A stretch of DNA of 64,000 nt from an uncultured bacterium (GTDB lineage: Bacteria > Auribacterota > Tritonobacteria > UBA1439). The notes beneath the pieces are model-generated. The model ran no database searches, was not told where the DNA came from, and worked only from the letters and a program-made list of their open reading frames with translations. The position numbers and the translations under genes are program-made. Shown piece after piece: positions 56,874-64,000 of the stretch; the stretch's first letter is position 1, and the number at the start of each line of letters is the position of its first letter. The stretch lies in assembly GCA_964460305.1 (NCBI GenBank), contig CAYWRA010000002.1, positions 3,089 to 67,088 of the forward strand. Direction: 5' to 3'.

Positions 56874-57827
56874 CTACGGGGCGCCTAACAGAAAATAGGT
56901 CAGGCGGATGAGAGCGTCCCTGGAGGGAGAGTCCGGCAACTGCGCGAGATCATCCCTGGCCCGGCCGAGTAGCCGCCCGGCATCACCGCAGCATGCGGCG
57001 ATCGCTCCGGCCGCGGAGATGGTGCGCAGACACTCCTTCACGTCGCCTTCGTGGAAGGCGCGCACAAGCCCGTCACGTTCCTTGCCGGAGAGCGCGGCGA
57101 GCGCTTTGATGAGGAGGAGCGTGACCCGCCCGCCCTTGATATCCTTGAACTGGTCCTTTTCCTTGTTCTCGTCGCTGACATCGATACAGTCATCCACGAT
57201 CTGGTACGCCGTGCCGAAGCATCCACCGAAGCGCGAGAGCGCCTCCTGGACGGGCCGGGACGCCCCCGCAAGCAGCGCGCTCAACCGGCAGCAAGTGGAG
57301 AAGAGCGATGCGGTCTTCTTGGAAACGGCATTCCGGTACTCCTCTTCCGTCATGGAAGTATCGTGTCTCCGGCGCAGTTGATATATCTCCCCTTCGCACA
57401 CTTCTCTAGTCATCTGTATCATCTGGGGAAGAATGCCGTTATCATGGAAGCGGCAGAGTATCCCGAATGCCTGGGAGAGGAGATGGTCGCCAAGGATCAC
57501 GGCGACCTGATTCCCCCACAAGGCACTGACCGTTGCTTTCCCGCGCCGCACCGCGGCCTCGTCGAGCACGTCGTCGTGAATCATCGTCGCCATGTGGATA
57601 AGCTCTGACGCCGCGGCAAAATGGCAATGCGCCTCGCTGAGACGGCCGGCGGCGGCCCCTGAAAGGAGGGACACGATAGGCCTGATCCGTTTCCCCTTGC
57701 TTTCGAGAACGCAACGCGCCAACTCGCCTAGTCTCTCCTCGGTAGAAGAAAGGCTTGATAGGATGATCTCATCCACCGTCCTCAATTCTTTTTCTACGGG
57801 CCGCAAGATTTCAGAAAGGGATTCCAT
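56874..57827 (-). CDS. Polyprenyl diphosphate synthase
   Basis: The first DDxxD motif is MIHDDVLDE. The second is GTAYQIVDDCIDVS. Confidence 0.7.
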   Translation of the reverse strand: MESLSEILRPVEKELRTVDEIILSSLSSTEERLGELARCVLESKGKRIRPIVSLLSGAAAGRLSEAHCHFAAASELIHMATMIHDDVLDEAAVRRGKATVSALWGNQVAVILGDHLLSQAFGILCRFHDNGILPQMIQMTREVCEGEIYQLRRRHDTSMTEEEYRNAVSKKTASLFSTCCRLSALLAGASRPVQEALSRFGGCFGTAYQIVDDCIDVSDENKEKDQFKDIKGGRVTLLLIKALAALSGKERDGLVRAFHEGDVKECLRTISAAGAIAACCGDAGRLLGRARDDLAQLPDSPSRDALIRLTYFLLGAP

Positions 57828-58047
57828 AATGTTTATTGCTTAGCTTCCATTCTGCATGGATGAAGCGGGAGATTTACCTCCCCCCCTGATGCCTGTCCGC
57901 CTGTGGCGGAGGGGAGATACGGTGGGGGTGAACCACGGTTCGAAGTCGAAGGCCAAATGTTCAAAGAGAGCATACCTTACGCTTTCCGCTTTGAACTTCG
58001 GGCTGTATTTTCCCCTCACCCTGTCTTTCCCATGGGATAAAATCCCA

Positions 58048-59037
58048 TCATTCGATCAACTTCAGGTCGGTTTCCATCTTCATCTGCGTCGAGCTGGTGA
58101 ACGGCTCGACCTCTTCCCTCGCCACTTTCATGGTCATCGCCGCGTCCTGGGTGGTGGTAAGGTGAACGCTCAGTACCCGGCCCCGCTGCTGATCGAAATA
58201 GACGTTCCCCTCCAGGCGCTGCTTGAGATGGTCCATCATCACCGACATGGGAACGTCGGAACTCGCAGGCTCGCTGAGTTCCAAGTTCTTCGCCGCTATC
58301 TCGCCGCGCACGGCGATGTCAGCGCATTGCCGACCTCCCCGGTCGACCATGCCGGTGAGGGTGTATGTCGTGTCGAGCTTGAGGGCCTTCGTCCCAGGGA
58401 GCCTTTCCTCCATGCCTCCTCCCAGGACAATGTCTCTCTTCTCCGTCCATGAGCGTCCGACGGCAATCGGGCCGGCCGGGAGCACTATTTTATTCTGTTT
58501 AAGGAAATTGTAGACGTTCACATGGGGCAGGAGCCCGCCGACACCGCTCGGCGGCGTAACGGACAGAATGTTCCCCCGTTTGTCTACTTTTATTAGAGTC
58601 GGGGTTTTGCAGAGCGCCCGCAAGCCATCGAGGCCGGGGGCGTCGCTAAGCATCACCTCGCCCTGTGTCACCTTCGCTCCGCTCTCATCCGCTTCCGTCT
58701 GTATCTTCAACGACCCGCTCTGTGTCATCGATCTGAAGCGCTGGAAGCTATATTCCATGTCGGCGCTCCCGTTTGTATCGACGTCCCCGACCTTCATGGT
58801 ATAGGCAAGGTCCATCTGCAAATTCACCGCCGCCTTGGTCCCCGACTTCTGCCCCGGGAGGCCGGTGATGCTCATGGTCCCCTCTCCCTTCGTCGTCAGC
58901 AGATAGCGGAGCTCCTCGCCCTTTGTGAATCGGTTCTCAAGAACTATCGTTTTTTGCCCGCACGCGCCGAAGCCGAGCGTGAGGGCCGCGATGCAACAAT
59001 ATACGAGCGTTCTGGTTTTGCGCATAGCTACCTCCAT
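58048..59037 (-). CDS. Hypothetical lipoprotein
   Basis: A signal peptide with lipobox LGFGAC is present. The product is beta-rich and no motif was recognised. Confidence 0.4.
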   Translation of the reverse strand: MEVAMRKTRTLVYCCIAALTLGFGACGQKTIVLENRFTKGEELRYLLTTKGEGTMSITGLPGQKSGTKAAVNLQMDLAYTMKVGDVDTNGSADMEYSFQRFRSMTQSGSLKIQTEADESGAKVTQGEVMLSDAPGLDGLRALCKTPTLIKVDKRGNILSVTPPSGVGGLLPHVNVYNFLKQNKIVLPAGPIAVGRSWTEKRDIVLGGGMEERLPGTKALKLDTTYTLTGMVDRGGRQCADIAVRGEIAAKNLELSEPASSDVPMSVMMDHLKQRLEGNVYFDQQRGRVLSVHLTTTQDAAMTMKVAREEVEPFTSSTQMKMETDLKLIE

Positions 59038-60073
59038 GACTCACATTCTAACACATTCCGCCGCGGGCCTGGTCAGCGAGTAGGTCAAATTAGATTATTC
59101 AGTAATGGCTCTTGCCGGATTTTTGTGCATATGTTGATAGAGGGACAATGCGCAACATATTATCAGGGGAAGAAATATCACCGAGCATGCTCTCCACATC
59201 TCCTCTCCCCTCCGATGGGGAGAGGCTGGGTGAGGGGTGATTTGAAAAAGACTGCATCTACACCCTCACCCGATAATTGTGAAGGTGTGAAATATCAACA
59301 CACTGTCAATTGCGAGCGGGGCGAAGCAATCTCGCTTCCGAGCAGTTGCGCACCTGCCGATTGGAAAAGGGGGGCTTCCGGGACGGCTATGCAGTTTTAT
59401 CTTGCGCGCGTCAAGGAAGATGGGTTTGGCTTTTGATGTTTTATCCCGCCGCAGTTTTGCTTCGACTGCATTTCCTGCCTTCCGAGATTCGTAGAATGAT
59501 GCGGATAATAGTGCGTACTTTCGTGAATAGTGCCCCCCCGCTCCACCCTTAACCCGGATTATTCACCTGATGGTCAGGAACAAGTATTCATCTGATGCGT
59601 AAAGCATGTCATTCCGGCGCAAGCCGGAATACAGATCCATAAGCCTTGACGCTGGATCCCTGCTTCCGCAAGGATGACAGGTTGTGAGTTTGATAAATAG
59701 ATCAGTTTACGGATGCGCTATGCCCGTGGATAACTCAAACAAGCCCCTATAGGAACCAATCTCCGTTAGAAAGCCCTTCTTAAGGTCTAACCCACCGAAA
59801 GGCGTCTAATTCTTTGTTTTGCAAGCCATTACGCAGGTCCGCTCCCAATTTTAGGCATGCCCAACATCCATTTTATATGGATGAAATGTGGATGATTTTC
59901 GAGGGTTGTGAAAATCAGGTGGTTGTCGGATAATATTGGTTTTTCTGAACAAAGGGGGATTCGTCGTATCATTGGCACAACACTCCTTATCCTCAGTGCG
60001 GTAATCTTAAGAGAGGGTGTTATTTCGATTGTTGTTTTGCTTCACGATGCAATCCAAAGGTGTCGTACAGAAT

Positions 60074-60245
60074 CGCTAGGAGTGTGTCCGAGTAATACGT
60101 TTTTTTGCCATTACTCGGACAGCACACAAAAATGGCCCATGTAACAAACTGCCGTACAGCATATTGCAAACATCAAATTTTGACTCTGTCTGAGTAATAC
60201 CCAAAATAGGCTGGTTTTAGCATTTCTCGGACAGGCTCCTAGGGT
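60074..60245 (-). mobile_element. ~175-bp MITE-like element, copy 2 (reverse complement of 12296-12472)
   Basis: The arms gctaggagtgtgtccgagtaatacg...attactcggacag and gtctgagtaataccc...ctcggacaggctcctagg are shared with copy 1. Confidence 0.6.
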
Positions 60246-60363
60246 GACATAAAAGTTGTAAAGTAAACATCATCTACTGGGGCGAAAAGGCAAGGTTAAC
60301 TAAGTGGCCTCGCTGCCATTGTATTTGCAACTAACCACAACATCTATTGATGGAGGTTAAATC

Positions 60364-60945
60364 GTGAAAAAAAAAGAATGGATAAAACTAGAAAATAGAA
60401 AAGAAGTGGTTGACAAAGTTGCAGAAATGGTCAAAACCGCACAAAGTGAAGTATACATCATTGGCCATAGTGCAAGATGGTTGAAGGAAAAATCATTTCA
60501 GGAAGCTATGGAGAGTGCTCGGAATGTGGCTGATGCAAAATTTTTGATTACATGTCCCGAAGATATTACAGATGCTATCTTAATCTCTTTAAAAGAGTTA
60601 AAGCAAAAAGGCATTGTCGACAAAATATTAAAAAGATCTTATGGGCGTATGAGAATTTGTCTGGTCGACGGGCGCAAAATTTTATTAGCACACACCTTAG
60701 ATTATAAAGATAAGAAAGGCAACACTTCTTTTGGTTTATATTTTGAAGATGATAATTTTGGACATTGGTTGTCAACAAGATTCACCGAGCTAGCTCAGGA
60801 TGCATATGATATAGACGACAGCAAATTTATTATTATGATAAAAAGCATTTACTATTCCATTAGGGCTCATTGGCTCGAATGGATAATCATTGCGGCAATA
60901 GGTGCAGCATTATCAAGTGGTTTCTCCAGCTTATTCAAATTATGA
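60364..60945 (+). CDS. Low-GC island gene 1: uncharacterised protein with C-terminal TM anchor
   Basis: The ORF has a GTG start with a GGAGG ribosome-binding site. Its AT-rich codon usage contrasts with the rest of the window. The C-terminus is HWLEWIIIAAIGAALSSGFSSLF. It shares the pattern ...hIIxxSxxhL...GxxxhxLxxGRxxhL with island gene 2. Confidence 0.45.
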   Translation: MKKKEWIKLENRKEVVDKVAEMVKTAQSEVYIIGHSARWLKEKSFQEAMESARNVADAKFLITCPEDITDAILISLKELKQKGIVDKILKRSYGRMRICLVDGRKILLAHTLDYKDKKGNTSFGLYFEDDNFGHWLSTRFTELAQDAYDIDDSKFIIMIKSIYYSIRAHWLEWIIIAAIGAALSSGFSSLFKL

Positions 60946-60990
60946 AAAGTGAATAGATTATATCCAATGTGATAACCAGACGGTATTATC

Positions 60991-61554
60991 ATGAACTTAA
61001 AAATCATTAATAAAAAAAATACTATCTACTTGGATGCAATTGAAATCATAAAGAACAGCGAGAATAAACTTTTTATAATCGAAAGGAGTTCAAGCCTATT
61101 ATTAGGGGCGAGGAAAAATCCAATTGAAAAAAGCTATTTAACCTCACTAAGCAAATACATTCATGAATTACAAAATGGCTCCGGGAAGATGTTATTCTAC
61201 CTTTACAATTGCGTAGAAACGAAAGGCGAAATGTTCAAAAGAAACATTTCTTTTAACAAAGTCACTGATAATTTTTACAATCTTCAAAAAATACAGGAAA
61301 AGTGCGATGGAAGTTTCATAATAAAATCATTCAAAGAACCGGGTAATCCCTTGGTGATAGGAGACCGTGAGTTCAGCCTATGGTTATCCAATCCACTCGG
61401 CAATATTCTATGCATTAATATCGAAAATAAAAAATACACGGATGGTATTTTCGAATCATACAAACATTACGCGTTACATTTACCCACCAAGTCAATAGAA
61501 GCATTAACCTGTGAACTTAAACCTAAAGAAGCACATACGCATTTCTTTGATTAA
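60991..61554 (+). CDS. Low-GC island gene 2: uncharacterised soluble protein, distant paralogue of gene 1
   Basis: The ORF is AT-rich. The segments LFIIERSSSLLLG and PLVIGDREFSLWLSNP parallel gene 1. Confidence 0.45.
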   Translation: MNLKIINKKNTIYLDAIEIIKNSENKLFIIERSSSLLLGARKNPIEKSYLTSLSKYIHELQNGSGKMLFYLYNCVETKGEMFKRNISFNKVTDNFYNLQKIQEKCDGSFIIKSFKEPGNPLVIGDREFSLWLSNPLGNILCINIENKKYTDGIFESYKHYALHLPTKSIEALTCELKPKEAHTHFFD

Positions 61555-61605
61555 CTAAGAGCCATCCCTAAATGACGATAGTCCGCCTAAAAATAATCAA
61601 GGTAC

Positions 61606-62139
61606 ATGCCAACTCCAGAAAAAATGATCGACCTCAATGAACTAAACAGTGGTTTGCCTGCGATATCCCCTGCATTCGGAAGTTGTCTAGCTGAGGCGGG
61701 TGGCGTCTGCCTTGAATCTCAGGGCCATCAATTTGACAAGGAAATGTTGGTCCAAGGTACGCACCAGAAATCGTTCAGGCTCCGTTGGCCTCAGATCACG
61801 CAACAAGTGCTCAATTGTTGGAACGATCTTGAAAGCGCGACAGAACATGGCGCTATGGGCGTTGCTATTTTACTGATACGCAAACTCGCCGGTTATTCAG
61901 TAGTGCAACGTTCCCGCAAGGGGACGGGATTCGACTACTGGCTTGGACACGATGATGGCATTCCATTTCAAAATATGGCACGATTGGAGGTATCTGGCAT
62001 CCGTAAGGGAGACGAACGGACGATCAAGACAAGAGTCCGTCAAAAACTTAAGCAGGTCGCGAAGTCCGATGGCTCTCTTCCTGCATACATAGTGGTCGTC
62101 GAGTTCGGAACACCTATTTCAGAGGTAGCTGAGAAATGA
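61606..62139 (+). CDS. Island gene 3: uncharacterised protein with possible nuclease-like core
   Basis: The product has GFDYWLGHDDG...ARLEVSGIRKGDE, which loosely resembles a D...(D/E)xK-type signature. Its stop overlaps the gene 4 start (ATGA). Confidence 0.4.
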   Translation: MPTPEKMIDLNELNSGLPAISPAFGSCLAEAGGVCLESQGHQFDKEMLVQGTHQKSFRLRWPQITQQVLNCWNDLESATEHGAMGVAILLIRKLAGYSVVQRSRKGTGFDYWLGHDDGIPFQNMARLEVSGIRKGDERTIKTRVRQKLKQVAKSDGSLPAYIVVVEFGTPISEVAEK

Positions 62140-63251
62140 CCTTGCTCCAAGAACTACACAACGAGGCGATGAATTTTGCCGAGCTCGCCGTCTCTGAGCG
62201 CATCCGGGGGAAATATGACCATGCCGAAACCTTATTTCGCTCAGCACTTGAGAAGGAGCTCGCCGCAGTTAAAGCTTGCTCTGACCTTGGCAATCCCGAG
62301 CCGACGTTTTCAGTACTTCATCGCAGTGCTGCAACGCTGGCACTTGACTGTGGAAACCCGCGATTAGCAGAGCAATTGGCAACACGTGCTCTTTCCGCCA
62401 CTCCCCCACCAGAGATGGCCGACGAATTACGGGACCTTCTAGAAACGATCAACTTCCAAAGGCATTTGCAATTACGCGGCGTCTCACTCTCCGACGACGA
62501 ACTCCAAATGTCCATCGCTGGGAACGCGGTGGGATTCGGGATGGTTCACGGCAATGAATTTCTTGAGCGAATTAGCCATGCATCGAAGATCTTCTATCGC
62601 ATCGTGGAACGGAGGGAGCGAAAGCCGTTCCGGGAGAAGGGCCGATTGAAAAAAGGAGTGAAAGATGAGTACGAGCTTTACATGTCCGTACCGCGCGCAG
62701 CTAGCTTCGCTGTAACACTCAAAGTTGGAAGGCCAACTGGGCAGATGAAAAGCGCCGGACTCCTAGGGACGACGGACATCATTGACGAATTCATGAGCCT
62801 GATCGACTTGGTTAACCGTAAAAAGGAAGAGGAGATCCACAAGCGCATCGGGGATCAAGCTTACTACAGGAATTTTATCGCGCTCTCGCGCCTCCTAGCT
62901 CCTGACGGAGAGAATGTCAATCTTGTCGGCTTCACGACATTCCGGGGGAATAAAGAGGTTCGCATCTCGATGACGCGATCCCGAGATGAGATTCCTCCTC
63001 CAAAACCTCCTGCAACCGAGGAGTTGACCAATGTTGTCACAGTCGAAGGGCAGCTCCTCTTTGCTGACGCAACACATGGTAGAAGCGGAGAAATCAAAGT
63101 TGTAAACGAGGCAAGTAATGCATCCTACCTCGTCAAGGTCCCAGAAGGAATGATGGCGGACATTGTGAAGCCACTGTGGGGTTCAAAGGTGATAGTTTCG
63201 GGGGTGCAACACGGGCGCCATATCGAACTAGAAGATATCCGTGAAACATGA
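62136..63251 (+). CDS. Island gene 4: uncharacterised protein (helical N-terminal half, beta-rich C-terminal half)
   Basis: The ORF is translationally coupled to gene 3. No motif was recognised. Confidence 0.4.
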   Translation: MTLLQELHNEAMNFAELAVSERIRGKYDHAETLFRSALEKELAAVKACSDLGNPEPTFSVLHRSAATLALDCGNPRLAEQLATRALSATPPPEMADELRDLLETINFQRHLQLRGVSLSDDELQMSIAGNAVGFGMVHGNEFLERISHASKIFYRIVERRERKPFREKGRLKKGVKDEYELYMSVPRAASFAVTLKVGRPTGQMKSAGLLGTTDIIDEFMSLIDLVNRKKEEEIHKRIGDQAYYRNFIALSRLLAPDGENVNLVGFTTFRGNKEVRISMTRSRDEIPPPKPPATEELTNVVTVEGQLLFADATHGRSGEIKVVNEASNASYLVKVPEGMMADIVKPLWGSKVIVSGVQHGRHIELEDIRET

Positions 63252-63729
63252 GATCGATGATCCCCCATATAGACGACAATCAAGAGTAAAGATACGATAC
63301 CTGTCGGGCAACCCTCTCCATTCCCTTGTTTAGCATACTACGCTACGCATCTCACCAGCCGGGCTCAGTATTCCAAGAAGCACTGGATTTCAACCTACCA
63401 GCCATCGGTTGCCTTGACCTTGATATTCCATTCTGGAACATCAAGATGAGGCGGTACTCGCAAGGCACCGCGCGTATTTACTGCGAGCCTCTTTTACTCT
63501 TTGTAAAACAACCGGGAGCCTGTTGAAGGATATTAATGCCTACAATCATGAGATGGATAATTCCGGTTTGGAACAGCAAATTCCACAACTTGAGGTGCCG
63601 CATCGGATTCCATACGGAGCCATAAACTTCCGTCGTAAACAACCGCATCAAGTCAGACCGGCGTCTGGCAGAAGCGATAGAGTACGTAGCAACCAGAAAT
63701 TCGACCGGAAATTAATCGCAATCCTCTCT

Positions 63730-64000
63730 CTACCAAGCAGATATCGAGAACCGTCCCCTTGCCGAGATAGTTGCTTCGGAGGAGTAGATAGCTTTGGAGC
63801 GCCAGTTGGCGAGCGTGATCCGGTCGCTCGTATGGAAGACAGCCGCGGCAAACCAATAATCGCCACTGGCTAGGGAAGCGGCGATCTTTGTATCGAGAAC
63901 CGGCATGCGAAGAGAGGGGATCGTCGCCGAACTCACTGCGGGTTTTAACCCGCGCTTCATGACAAAGCCGCCGCGCTTCCATGCAAACGAGGACCACGCC
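63730..64000 (-). CDS. Partial ORF, open at the window edge, of unknown function
   Basis: There is an internal ATG at 63960, but the reading frame stays open upstream to the end of the window. Confidence 0.2.
   Translation of the reverse strand, partial: AWSSFAWKRGGFVMKRGLKPAVSSATIPSLRMPVLDTKIAASLASGDYWFAAAVFHTSDRITLANWRSKAIYSSEATISARGRFSISAW

Noticed and set aside
59908-60144. Small 78-aa ORF with two hydrophobic helices upstream of the island genes
   Set aside because: It starts with GTG only 2-3 nt after a weak SD. Its C-terminal third runs through the MITE copy. It is probably spurious.
12296-60245. The inverted 175-bp MITE pair as terminal inverted repeats of one 48-kb composite transposon
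   Set aside because: The interval contains core housekeeping genes (aroA, aroC, aroE, queE, ubiB) and no transposase. Two dispersed copies of a MITE are the simpler reading.
1-64000. CRISPR arrays, tRNA and rRNA genes
   Set aside because: No regularly spaced direct repeats with unique spacers were found, and no tRNA T-arm GTTCGAATCC-type signatures. The abundant repeats are inverted or heptamer-based and not CRISPR-like.

Overview
This is a high-GC (~60% by eye) bacterial chromosomal segment carrying an unusually dense set of small intergenic repeat families. Its core content is a Rex-linked [FeFe]-hydrogenase operon with its maturases (rex-hydB-hydA-hydC-hydG-hydE-hydF). It also holds a NikR-associated nickel/cobalt ECF uptake locus (nikR, a candidate outer-membrane barrel, cbiM, a PDGLE protein, cbiQ, and a cbiO with a His-rich tail). 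Two TLC (ATP/ADP translocase) family homologues are present, one fused to HEAT repeats and a cNMP-binding domain. Housekeeping genes include aroA, aroC, aroE, queE, a polyprenyl synthase, UbiB, a phasin and a rhodanese-DoxX pair. Several items deserve follow-up. HydA has a non-canonical H-cluster L1 motif, TSCSSAW. A JAB-DinG helicase fusion is present. A two-gene operon encodes a nucleotidyltransferase-like protein and a PRTase-fold protein. A low-GC (~40% by eye) island at the 3' end carries four uncharacterised genes, two of them overlapping, next to a MITE-like element. At least five families of short structured repeats sit at gene boundaries, including heptamer-arm hairpins, GC-rich palindromes and a ~90-bp REP/MITE-like element in six copies. 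No rRNA, tRNA or CRISPR array was recognised. All function calls rest on motifs read directly from the translations, and no database search was possible.
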